Shown here: positions 30,461 to 39,988 of the stretch, piece by piece
Layout: the number at the start of each line of letters is the position of its first letter
How positions within the stretch are numbered: the first letter of the stretch is position 1
Virus record (IMG/VR): IMGVR_UViG_3300025010_000048
Span: 1-64,000 of that record
DNA: 64,000 bases
Reading direction: 5' to 3' (one strand)
Source of the DNA: a virus
The notes under the pieces: model-generated
Database searches by the model: none
Seen by the model: only the letters and a program-made list of their open reading frames with translations
What the model was told of the DNA's origin: nothing
Position numbers and translations under genes: made by a program

Positions 30461-31079
30461 CGAAATTGTATGGCGAGTAAGTAGTCACCGATGCCTAAAC
30501 ACAGAGCAAATACAGATATTACTATTTCCTATGACCGCATCAGGTAAGCGGAAATGTCAACAGCGACTAAAGATATTAGTCGGTCCCAAACAAAAACGCC
30601 TACAGCGTTGGAGATATGACTTAGAACAACCTTATGCTTACTACCGGGAGCGACTAGAGCAGATGCAACATACCGTATTATTAAATTGGGCGGTTATCTG
30701 GATAGAACGAAACTTAAAGTCATGGGAGGAAATTCACTCCGTTAGCTATAATCAAGGCATGGGAGTATTAATTTCCGATTGCTTTATTGCCATAAAAAAC
30801 ACTATCACAGGCCAATTCAGATTTTTATTCATCGAAATGGACATTCATCACCCGGCAAACGAATTCGACAAGGTACGGAAGTACAACAAACTATTCGAGA
30901 AACTGCCGGAACAATGGTGGGTTAAACAAACCAAGAGATTCCCTAGGACCCTGCTAGTCACCGACAACGAGCGCAAGTTAAAGAAAATTAACGAGTTGAT
31001 TGAGTCTGAAAACCGTAACGGGTTAGAATTTAAAAGTTATCTTGTTAGTAATATCAGAAAACAAACTATAGGAGGTTAA
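30405..31079 (+). CDS. replication-relaxation (Replic_Relax)-family protein
   Basis: RD..I.......L..EQI HTH, H, D, IEMD...K..KY PD-(D/E)XK-like motifs; overlaps the FtsK gene. Confidence 0.75.
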   Translation: MLLPSGPISHRARGYYRDNEIVWRVSSHRCLNTEQIQILLFPMTASGKRKCQQRLKILVGPKQKRLQRWRYDLEQPYAYYRERLEQMQHTVLLNWAVIWIERNLKSWEEIHSVSYNQGMGVLISDCFIAIKNTITGQFRFLFIEMDIHHPANEFDKVRKYNKLFEKLPEQWWVKQTKRFPRTLLVTDNERKLKKINELIESENRNGLEFKSYLVSNIRKQTIGG

Positions 31080-31082
31080 ATC

Positions 31083-31544
31083 GTGTTAATACAGGTTCCA
31101 GCGGCAACAAAAATAGTTGGATTAATCATGGCGGGTATTATGATGATGTCAGGCTTAAATAATATTAGTGACAACAATAAGTCTGTAGTTTATAAAAATG
31201 ACGGATATTATGAAATTATAGACGAAACCAGCAAAAGTACGATCTATACCTATGTAGACATACAGGAAAATCCAAGCGAGCATACTATGGATTGGCTTGA
31301 TGGAGTTGTGGTATTCAGAAAAGACGGAGAAGTATTGAACTGGGAAGAGTCAGGAATGGGAAGGCATACAGAAGATTCTATTCCTATGTATGAATTATAT
31401 GAGAGTTTAGATGAAGAAGAAAAAGCTATTTTTGATCGTCGCATGGACAGTATGAATACAGTAGAAAAATACAAAAGTTTTCTAAAAGACATTAAAAAGC
31501 AGGCAACAAAAACCAAGATAAATGAAAGATGGTTTAATAAATAA
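31083..31544 (+). CDS. membrane-anchored/secreted protein
   Basis: N-terminal hydrophobic helix followed by a soluble domain. Confidence 0.55.
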   Translation: MLIQVPAATKIVGLIMAGIMMMSGLNNISDNNKSVVYKNDGYYEIIDETSKSTIYTYVDIQENPSEHTMDWLDGVVVFRKDGEVLNWEESGMGRHTEDSIPMYELYESLDEEEKAIFDRRMDSMNTVEKYKSFLKDIKKQATKTKINERWFNK

Positions 31545-31561
31545 GAATGTGAGGTGTTAGG

Positions 31562-31861
31562 ATGCAAATAATTTTAGCGGCAATAATTGGGTTACTCTTA
31601 TCACCGACAGTGTCATTTGCTTTATCGGAAGGACTTCGAAACACACTTTCCAATACTTTCGGTTGGGGCGGCATAGGCAACAAAATAGTAATTCTCATGG
31701 TTCTAGCTGTCGGCAGTTGGGTTGCCGAAATGGTTGCAAATGCCTGCGGAAAAGGTAATATAGCCACAATAATAAAAGTAGCGACTATTTTTACAGCAAT
31801 AATTTTAGTCATTGGGGTAGCTTTAGATTTACTAGATCATATATCAAATATTTTTATTTAA
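31562..31861 (+). CDS. SpoIIIAC/AD-like membrane protein
   Basis: Hydrophobic helices joined by ACGKGNIATII, as in the SpoIIIAC/AD helical hairpin. Confidence 0.5.
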   Translation: MQIILAAIIGLLLSPTVSFALSEGLRNTLSNTFGWGGIGNKIVILMVLAVGSWVAEMVANACGKGNIATIIKVATIFTAIILVIGVALDLLDHISNIFI

Positions 31862-31874
31862 AGAAGGTGTTTAG

Positions 31875-32084
31875 ATGGTCAGTAAAATAATATTTACTAT
31901 AGTAGTTTATTGCTTACCAGAATTGCTTGCATTATCCCTACTTGGGTTAATAAGTTATGTTGTTTGTGTTGTCACCGATAGAAAAAGTATAGGTTTAATG
32001 GCTATTTTACTTACTATTTTTTGTGGCATAGACATAGCATTGACTAAGATTAGCGGATTAATTAGTAAGTTAATTGATTTCTAA
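31875..32084 (+). CDS. small membrane protein
   Basis: Two hydrophobic segments. Confidence 0.55.
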   Translation: MVSKIIFTIVVYCLPELLALSLLGLISYVVCVVTDRKSIGLMAILLTIFCGIDIALTKISGLISKLIDF

Positions 32085-32375
32085 GTTAGTTGGTCAGTCA
32101 ACCTATTATTCAACTTGTCCGAATCCGAATTGCCGTATAATCCGTACTCCTTCCTCCGTCCGTCTTATATAGATTTTTGATTGTTTGTCCATTGCCTTGA
32201 TTTTATTGACGTTTCGGAATGATATTGTTCTTTTAAAGTCTCAGGGTGCGATCAATGGTACGATCTAAAAAACGAACAGGGCAGCGAATGGATTTTATGA
32301 CCCGAAAGGGTTATTTTTTATTGTATTTTTCGTATGAATATGTTAAAATATAAATATTAACACAAGGAGGGCATT

Positions 32376-32519
32376 ATGAACAAAGACACTGTAGTTATCC
32401 GCGTGACTCCTGAGTACAAGAGGAAACTTCTTATCTTGGCTGCGGAGAAACGGAAAAGCCAGAAAGAGTTGGTGCTTAAAGCTATGGAGAAAACTTATGG
32501 AATTAAGGAGGAAAACTAA
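32376..32519 (+). CDS. ribbon-helix-helix-like regulator (47 aa)
   Basis: TVVIRVTPEYKRKL...A......KELV..A; AGGAGG RBS. Confidence 0.6.
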   Translation: MNKDTVVIRVTPEYKRKLLILAAEKRKSQKELVLKAMEKTYGIKEEN

Positions 32520-35500
32520 TGAACACCATAGACGCATATGTTAAAAAAGTTGTCGGCAAGCGTGATGTAGATGCTAACAAAGAGTGGAATTTAAACAAAA
32601 ACGACGCTCTTTATGGCAGACAATATACAGTAGTTACTGTTGAATATGTTGATATGGGCGGTGCCGGTACTACTTATTTATGGTTTAAGAAAGGCGAGGA
32701 ACCGGAGATTGAATCGAGGTATACGTTTCAACATTAGGAAGGAGGAAAACAATTGTTAAGTCTAAAACTAGCTAAACAATTAAAGGATGCAGGTCTGAAA
32801 TGGTTGCCCGAAGATGGTGACTTTTTTTCAACCGGAATAGATCAGGAATGGGATAATATCTTTGTTGTATCAGGTAGTCATAACTTAGTTCCTGAATTGG
32901 GCGGCAAGAGGTGGTTTTTTAATGGACATCTTTGTAACCGTGACGGAGGTTGTATTGCCAACTCCACCGCTTCAATGTGTATGAATATGAAGGGGATACA
33001 GTCAGATCGTTTTGAGGACGGAATAATAAATTCCGTAGAAAGATTTGTATTTGTACCGAGACTAGACCAGTTAATTTCTGAGATTGTAAAACGTGGCTAC
33101 AGGTGGTTCCCTGACATGAATTGTCTTGAGGAATCAGCAGGTAAAACTTTACTGTGGATTATTGGGAAGAAGGAAAACTAATGCGTCAAATTAAATTCAG
33201 AGGCAGAAGGGTAGATAGCGGCGAGTTTGTTTATGGTAGTTTAATATTAGCACCAAATGGTTCATATAATACTGCTTTTATTGCCATAGATGAATATACT
33301 GACAACGATTATACCTTATGTGGCAATGATGGTGAAGTTAGAATATTTTCTAAAATTTATCCCGTTATCCCTGAAACAGTAGGTCAATTCACCGGCCTTC
33401 GCGACAGCAAGAGAACCACCGAGTTTCCCGAAGGGCAGGAAATCTATGATAAAGATTTAATTTCCGATGGTTACAATAATATCGGCATAGTCGAATGGTT
33501 AGACGGAGATAACCCAGGATTTTACCTACACTGGACTAACGTAGAAACTGGCTGTTTTGACGGCATTGGGGAGTGGGGTACTGTGGTTGGCAATAAGTTT
33601 CAGCATCCCGAACTATTGGCAGGTGAAAACAATTGAAATTAGAATTAACCTTATTCGAAAAATATTACATAAAAGAATTTAAGGAGGACGATAAGGAAAA
33701 TTTTCAAGGTTGGCGTTTCATCTACTTTATTAGTAAACCATTTCGATTTAGGTGGTTTACTGATTGCGGAGATTGGTTCTTATATATTCATTGCGGTAAA
33801 AGGTATTGGCGGTTTAGTAGCGCAGGATATGTAAGCAGTAAGGAGGAAAACCAATGAAGTGGATTTTACTTCTCGCTATAACCGCTATTGTTTTCGCTGC
33901 CGGGATTGTGGTTGGTTTGAGGCGCGTTAGGAAGGGTAGGAAATAGGTGAGTAAATTTATATACGATATGATCTGTATGACTGAGGGAGAAAAACTTATT
34001 CACTATTGGTGGTTATGGCTAGGAATAATTATTGTAAGTTTCGGTAGTATTTTATGGAAAGTTATCAGAGATAAGGCAGGTGAGTAAAATAAGAAAAGAC
34101 TACTGCATGGACTGTGGCATAGAACTTATAGGAGACCAAGGACAGTACGCCCAATGTAAAACTTGTTATGATGCCATGATTTACTCGATAGAATCTAAGC
34201 GCGAGGAAATGGCGGCATTAGAGGCAAGCATGGAACGCAGAATGAGACTTAATGAGATACTGACTAATGTTTTTGCTATTTTCGTAACTATCGTTCTGGC
34301 GATTATATTTGCAATTGTATTAAATATACTGCCGGATAATAATATAGCTTTAGCTTTTAGTGGAGTTTTCATTATCTTGCTAATATATATAATGTTTTGG
34401 TTGGAGAGGTGTTGATAGTATGGAGGTTGGGCAGAAGGTTTATCTTGATGGAAATGGAACAGTTGTCGGAATACTGGAATATGAGATTAAAAGTATTGGT
34501 AGGAAATATTTTTATATTTGGCGTGAAGAAAATGAGCGCACAATAAAGAAATACAACATAGAAGGTCTTAGGGAAATTAATGACTTTAGATCTTCTGACA
34601 TATATTTTGATAGACAAAAGTTATCTGATAGTATTGAATACCGTACACTAAAAGATAAATTAGGGAGAGCATTTAATTGGAGGAATATAAGTAACCTATC
34701 TCTCCAACAACTTCGGCAGATCAATGCTATTATTGAGGGGTGATTAACATGCTATACGCCGACTGGTTAAAGTCGCTTAAACCGGGGGATAAGGTTTGCT
34801 ATATAAGGCGCAGGGACACAGTGTACACTATAGACTTTGTTAAAAAGGTGACTCCTTCTGGGATTGTGCGCCTAGAGAGTGGGTTATCGACAGATAAGGA
34901 AGGTTGCTATAAATCTTCTAATATGGGTTGCTCATTTAAAATACGTCAAATTACTCAGAAAATTTTAGATGAAATAGATCGTCATAAGGCAATAAATAGG
35001 TTAAAGGGATTCAACCTATATTCTCTCAGCAAAGAGCAACTAGAGAGGATAATGGATATTATTGAGGGAATGGAGTGATGGACTACGAAAAACTACTAAA
35101 CGAATGGGGAGAAAAGGTTAATGATTCTATTAACAGGGGCGGATTAACAGAGAAATATATATATGGAAAGGATATAGAAATATTATGAATACAAAGACGC
35201 ATTATGAGGATGGATATGAATGTTTAAATGAATTATGTGAATGTGGTGGTACTATAAGATATACTTCTTGGAATAAGAATAGTGTACTTGGAGCAATAGT
35301 ACTGTTTAGACAATGTTTTTGTTTGCAATGTGGTAAAGAAATGAAAAAATTACGTGAAACTAAAATACATACAATAGATAGTAAATATGGTATATAAAGT
35401 AATGTTATATTAACTCATTGGTTAGACAGTGAAGGTAAGTAGCTAAAGGGATTATTATTAAGGGGGTGGAGTGATGAAAACTTCGGAAGTAGTACCGTCT

Positions 35501-36676
35501 AAATGCAAAAAATGTGATGACTTTAAGTCTATCGGCGTAAGTCCATATAAGGATATTTACCGCTGTATGCATCCTGGCGGACCATGTTTTAAGGAGGTAA
35601 ACAATGAAAACAACACCAATCCGTAGTTGCCAGTCATGCGGCAAACCATTCGCTCACGGCGATATAGTGTATTTTGTGCCGCTGGATAATAATGTAGTGT
35701 GTCTAGATTGCGCTATCCCTCACCTTAGAACGGAGAAACGCATAGTTGAGCATGGAACTGCCTTAAACAACACAATCCAATTCTACAGCATACCGGCATG
35801 GACTAAGTTTATTGCCCAGGACCATAACGGCAAATGGTGGGCTTTTGAGGAAAAACCAGAGTTGACCAACGGCAAGGAGTGGAATACTTTTGTGGGCAGG
35901 GTGGCGCAGGTTATGCCTGTGTTGTCTAGCACATTGAGGGAGGTTAACCGTTAATGGAATGTATTAAACTAAAGAACGATATAGATTTTACCGAATTAGA
36001 CAAGTTTGGGTTTATGGAAGATCCGACAAATTGCGAACCGGGCGACCACTACTATCACCTAAATAATTATTACAATCAAATTGGTGATTTTAGGATAACG
36101 GTAAACACGCACAGCAGGCGCATAGATATATTGTGCCTAGCAAGGAAAGCGGAATTATATAATATCTACAACCTTAAACCGTTATACGATTTAATTTCGG
36201 GAGGTATGGTTGTGGTGGGGGAGGTTAAGCGTTGAACGATAAATTTTGCGGTAACTGCGAACATCTTTCCCTTACTGAGCAGGAACAAAATATACTTAAA
36301 AGGAGGGGCGAGAAATATCCTGTTCTTAAACAGGTTTTCCATAACGGTAATCACCCGAACATTGTTAGACTTGCTATATGTGAACAGGGAGTGGTTAGTA
36401 AATTATGGGGGTTAGATTATGAAAACTAGGTTAATAGTTTTTATAACGGTACTTATTATTTTAGTTGGCTATGCCGGTAAACAGGTTATAGCGGGCAAAA
36501 TAAGCCCGGTTGAAGCAGAGCAAAAAGAAAGAAAGTTAACCAAAATATTGACCATAAAGCAGTTAAATTCTCTCGATTATGGCTGTTATATCTTTGAAAG
36601 CGGTTATTATAGGGGAGTTATATTAAAGTATAGTGACGGTCATGGTACTCAATACTCTATTGGTTATGGTGGTTAA
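32519..36676 (+). CDS. operon of small hypothetical genes, including tandem paralogs 34420-34743 and 34740-35078
   Basis: Overlapping start/stop codons; shared G.KV...LS..QL..I..IIEG pattern. Confidence 0.6.
33181..33636 (+). CDS. YopX-family protein
   Basis: IKFRG...VGQFTGL.D...EIY..D...VVGN....PELL. Confidence 0.9.
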   Translation: MRQIKFRGRRVDSGEFVYGSLILAPNGSYNTAFIAIDEYTDNDYTLCGNDGEVRIFSKIYPVIPETVGQFTGLRDSKRTTEFPEGQEIYDKDLISDGYNNIGIVEWLDGDNPGFYLHWTNVETGCFDGIGEWGTVVGNKFQHPELLAGENN

Positions 36677-37460
36677 ATAACTTTCTCCACCAAGGCAACC
36701 TCTGACGGTCCCGCATTTCTGAGATATATTTCTCAATGCGGGACGTTCTGTTTTCTATGTCGATTTCCTTCTGCCGGGTTTCTATTTGGTCAATCTTATA
36801 CCGCAACTCCTGATTATCTTGCCGGAGCAGGTTTATGGATTCGGTAAAAAATTTCTGTTGCTCAGACAATGCCGTAATAATTTTATCATCTACTTCGGCC
36901 ATAATATTCCTGGTTACATCAATAATGGGGATTGGTTGTTGTATTTGCGGTGAATATTTTTCCGGTTCGATAATTTCAACTATTCTATTTTCTCGAATAG
37001 TTAAGTTATCCACAGGTTCGCAAACTTCGTTATTTTTGTTTTCGCTAATTTCGTTTTCGTGCTTTTCGTTAACTTCGCCATTTAATACTGCTTGAATAAC
37101 CTCCGAAGTTATAAAACGCCGCTTATTCTTTTCTCGAATAATAATTATCCTACCTTCTTTTTCGCGCAGTTCTAGTGTGCGAATACTAACGCCTAGTATT
37201 TCTGCCGCTTCTTGAATGGTATATCTATCTTTCGTAGTTTTCATAGTCACACCTTCCGGTTTCGCAGTTTTCGCAGAATGTGATCTTAGATCGTCTAAGT
37301 AAGATTTAATCTTATTCTTTTTAAGATCATAATAATTATGATTATTATTATTATTTTCGTAGTTGTTTTTCGCTAAGATCGTTGTTTCGCTTCGCACTAT
37401 TCGTAAATAGCTTTCGTACTTATTGTAGTTTTCGCTAACTTTCCTTAATGCCTGTCCCAC
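36657..37460 (-). CDS. HTH + coiled-coil protein, pSK1 Par-like (possible internal start at 37243)
   Basis: YTIQEAAEILGVSIRTL HTH, coiled coil, C-terminal PWWRKLF amphipathic tail. Confidence 0.6.
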   Translation of the reverse strand: MGQALRKVSENYNKYESYLRIVRSETTILAKNNYENNNNNHNYYDLKKNKIKSYLDDLRSHSAKTAKPEGVTMKTTKDRYTIQEAAEILGVSIRTLELREKEGRIIIIREKNKRRFITSEVIQAVLNGEVNEKHENEISENKNNEVCEPVDNLTIRENRIVEIIEPEKYSPQIQQPIPIIDVTRNIMAEVDDKIITALSEQQKFFTESINLLRQDNQELRYKIDQIETRQKEIDIENRTSRIEKYISEMRDRQRLPWWRKLFNHHNQ

Positions 37461-37511
37461 TAATAACCCCTCCGCATCTAAAATTTATAACTAAAAACCA
37501 AGCGGAGAGTC

Positions 37512-37630
37512 TTGACAATCAGACCAACATTGCTTAGAATAATAAACAGCAAAGCAGGCAGGGGCAACACCTCCGCTTTAGGTAAAGGACACTCAATCTT
37601 TGGTCGGGGAGAGTGTCCTTCGGTCATTTA
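37512..37630 (+). ncRNA. countertranscript (antisense) RNA with its own promoter
   Basis: TTGACA-17-TAGAAT; AAGGACACTC/GAGTGTCCTT hairpin with TTGGTCG loop; antisense to the leader of 36657-37460. Confidence 0.7.
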
Positions 37631-37677
37631 GTTAGCAATTATTTTACCATTACTTTTTGCATATTTCAACAAATTAA

Positions 37678-37712
37678 TTAAACCCCTCCACGCTGGAAGG
37701 GGTTTTTATTTT
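37678..37712. terminator. bidirectional terminator
   Basis: AAACCCCTCCA-CGC-TGGAAGGGGTTT with A/T flanks. Confidence 0.7.
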
Positions 37713-37938
37713 ATCCGAAAGAGCAACAACCGGAACTGTCACGGAAAGCATTATAACACTCCGCACTATCTGCCAATGCCTGCTTGCCGTTATTGACCCT
37801 GTTTGCAGGTTTTAGGGCGGTTTCATTCAGTGTCTTAATGCCTTCCTCGCTTATATTTCGATTAACCGTGTAAACCTCGTTGTCTGCCACGAATTCAACA
37901 TAATCACTAAAATTTCTAAAGTCAATCTCCAAATCCAA
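37711..37938 (-). CDS. hypothetical protein, probably SOS-regulated
   Basis: GGGGGG RBS; LexA-box-like site just upstream. Confidence 0.5.
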   Translation of the reverse strand: MDLEIDFRNFSDYVEFVADNEVYTVNRNISEEGIKTLNETALKPANRVNNGKQALADSAECYNAFRDSSGCCSFG

Positions 37939-37954
37939 CCCCCCTTTTCTTTTG

Positions 37955-37968
37955 CGAACACTTGTTTT
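37955..37968. promoter_or_regulatory. LexA/DinR (Cheo) box-like site
   Basis: CGAAC-ACTT-GTTTT versus consensus CGAAC-N4-GTTCG. Confidence 0.55.
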
Positions 37969-38044
37969 ATGTCATATATATAATATACGAAATATTGTCC
38001 GGAATTTCAAGGACATTTTTACCTAAATTTCCGACAAAATATAA

Positions 38045-38425
38045 TTACAGATTTCTCGCTTTTGTAATAGTATTGAGCAGTTCGGCCACAATCTCAGGTG
38101 GTATACGTTCCTCGTATGCTTTCTTGGCTAACATCATCCAAGGTAAGGATGCTTCATCTAACAGCATTTGCCGCAATTCTTCTGTCATGGCATCGTTAAC
38201 CTCTTTTACGTCAAAGTATGTTCTGATTGATTCCTTGTGGAAATACAAAGGACTTATGTTTAATGCTTTAGCTAACTTTTCAATAGTTTCAATACCGGGA
38301 TTTTTACGCTCACCCCTTTCAATTTGACCAATGGTATTTAGGGCCACTTTAGCTATTTCAGCTAATTTTTCCATCGAGTACCCACGCCTCATTCTTAGAT
38401 TGTGCAACTTATCCTTCAATTCCAT
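38045..38425 (-). CDS. XRE-family prophage repressor (cI-like)
   Basis: LR..RGYS..KLA.......I..IE.G...NP....I.KLA.AL. Confidence 0.88.
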   Translation of the reverse strand: MELKDKLHNLRMRRGYSMEKLAEIAKVALNTIGQIERGERKNPGIETIEKLAKALNISPLYFHKESIRTYFDVKEVNDAMTEELRQMLLDEASLPWMMLAKKAYEERIPPEIVAELLNTITKARNL

Positions 38426-38512
38426 CTCATTTCCCCCATTCCCTTATCTAGTATGCCAGTATATATTTTATTTCAATTATCCACAATTAAGTATATAAAC
38501 TACCCAAAACGG

Positions 38513-38541
38513 TTGACATTATACCTTTCAAGGTATATACT
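38513..38541 (+). promoter_or_regulatory. rightward lytic promoter
   Basis: TTGACA-17-TATACT; TACCTT/AAGGTA palindrome in the spacer; perfect DnaA box at 38477-38485. Confidence 0.8.
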
Positions 38542-38620
38542 TACTCTATTGGACGAGCAATATTTTTTATCCACCTCCTACCTTTAAGAGTAGGATTTAA
38601 CCGAAAAGGAGGTTTAACCC

Positions 38621-38860
38621 TTGAATCTAAAGTTGGTCGGGCAGAACATTTGCCGACTGAGAAAACAACAGGGTATTTTACAACAGACACTATCTGAGCT
38701 AACCGGGTTAACTCAATCTAATATATCAAATATCGAAAACGGTAATACGGGTGACATTTACCTGGGAACCTTAGTAAAAATTGCCGTTGCCCTTAATTGC
38801 AGAGTATCGGATTTGACTTGGGAATCTAGTCATCAATCAAATGTGCCAGAAACAGTATAA
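38621..38860 (+). CDS. Cro-like XRE HTH protein
   Basis: HTH_3 pattern, divergent from cI. Confidence 0.85.
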   Translation: MNLKLVGQNICRLRKQQGILQQTLSELTGLTQSNISNIENGNTGDIYLGTLVKIAVALNCRVSDLTWESSHQSNVPETV

Positions 38861-38977
38861 CACACTTTTGTTTTTAAATGTGCAATTATGGGCATTTTTA
38901 TAAAAGTTTTTTGAATGACTCAATATTGATTGAGCAATAAAAAAACCGGGATGGATGCCCGGTTGCCGGTTAACTAA

Positions 38978-39145
38978 CTACTGCAATATTCTCCTAGCCT
39001 TACTAATATTAACATCAATATGCTTTTTAATAGCTTCCTCTAGTTCTTCGGTAACAGTTTTATTGTTTGCAGCCGCAATCATTCTTAGTTTTTGCATCAA
39101 TTCAGCATCTAAATTCAAACTGGTTTTTGCTTTTTCGGCCATCAT
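38978..39145 (-). CDS. ribbon-helix-helix protein (55 aa)
   Basis: KTSLNLDAELMQKLRMIAA....TVTEELEEAI. Confidence 0.7.
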   Translation of the reverse strand: MMAEKAKTSLNLDAELMQKLRMIAAANNKTVTEELEEAIKKHIDVNISKARRILQ

Positions 39146-39208
39146 ATCACGTCCCTACAAAATTATTTTTATATTTTCATTTTTCCATTATAACTTCAAA
39201 AAAAGATA

Positions 39209-39237
39209 TTGACAAGGTGAGGATATACCATTATACT
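39209..39237 (+). promoter_or_regulatory. sigmaA promoter of the minigene/Com operon
   Basis: TTGACA-17-TATACT. Confidence 0.85.
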
Positions 39238-39309
39238 ACATATAGGGATTGGCAATGATTGCACATTAAAGAAACATACATACAAACTACCAAACAGGAG
39301 GCACGCCAA

Positions 39310-39333
39310 ATGGTCAAATGTCGAAGCGACTGA
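39310..39333 (+). CDS. 7-aa minigene MVKCRSD
   Basis: AGGAGG-8 nt-ATG GTC AAA TGT CGA AGC GAC TGA. Confidence 0.65.
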   Translation: MVKCRSD

Positions 39334-39373
39334 AACCTACCGGTTGGTTAAAAAAATAACCGGAGGTGAGAAA

Positions 39374-39397
39374 GTGATTAAGTGTAGGAGTGATTGA
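39374..39397 (+). CDS. 7-aa minigene MIKCRSD
   Basis: GGAGGTG RBS; GTG ATT AAG TGT AGG AGT GAT TGA. Confidence 0.65.
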   Translation: MIKCRSD

Positions 39398-39447
39398 AAA
39401 ACTAAAGACCATACACAAACCAAATATCAAAAAGGGAGGAAGATAGC

Positions 39448-39495
39448 ATGGTAGTACGGAGCACATATATTACAATAACTAAATTGAGAGGTTGA
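39448..39495 (+). CDS. 15-aa minigene MVVRSTYITITKLRG
   Basis: GGGAGG RBS; its 3' end carries the RBS of the Com-like gene. Confidence 0.5.
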   Translation: MVVRSTYITITKLRG

Positions 39496-39500
39496 CGCCT

Positions 39501-39671
39501 ATGCGACATAAGGAAGCACGTTGCAGTAAATGTAAGAAACTTCTTGGGCGGTACAGCATAGCGCAGGACTTAGAGATTCAATGTCCTCGCTGCAAGACTT
39601 TAAATATAATTAACGATTATCTACAACTAAATAATTTAAACCCAGAGAGCCTTAGAGTCCCAGCGGTTTAA
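39501..39671 (+). CDS. Mu Com-like zinc-ribbon regulator (56 aa)
   Basis: RCSKCKKLL...EIQCPRCKTLN. Confidence 0.85.
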   Translation: MRHKEARCSKCKKLLGRYSIAQDLEIQCPRCKTLNIINDYLQLNNLNPESLRVPAV

Positions 39672-39691
39672 TATTTCGAGAGAACCTAGAG

Positions 39692-39731
39692 TTCCAGTGA
39701 AGTATTAATACTACTGGGATTCTTTTTGTTT
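39692..39731 (+). terminator. terminator/attenuator after the Com-like gene
   Basis: TTCCAGT.AAGTAT/ATACT.ACTGGGA stem followed by TTCTTTTT. Confidence 0.7.
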
Positions 39732-39742
39732 ATTTTTAGGAG

Positions 39743-39988
39743 GTGAAAAAAATTAGCGGCTCTATAAGAAAAATAGACTCAACAGGTCGTGTCGTTATGC
39801 CGGTTGATTTTAGAGAGCAACTTGGTTGGAAACTTGGCGACGAGGTTGAAATTAACATACTGGGTAACGAAATATTAGTCAAGGCATATCGGCCAGGGTG
39901 TTACATGTGCGGTTCACAGACCGACTTAAGGCCGTACAGGGGATTTCAGATGTGCCAGAATTGCCGGGGTGAGATAGGGGCATTGTAG
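39743..39988 (+). CDS. AbrB/MazE-family regulator with C-terminal zinc ribbon
   Basis: RKID..GRVV.P...R..L....GD.VEI; CxxC...CxxC. Confidence 0.88.
   Translation: MKKISGSIRKIDSTGRVVMPVDFREQLGWKLGDEVEINILGNEILVKAYRPGCYMCGSQTDLRPYRGFQMCQNCRGEIGAL

Noticed and set aside
8616-39671. Mu-like transposable phage (gpT-like capsid, Com-like gene)
   Set aside because: No MuA/MuB; has a podovirus-type portal and tail genes and initiator/DnaC replication
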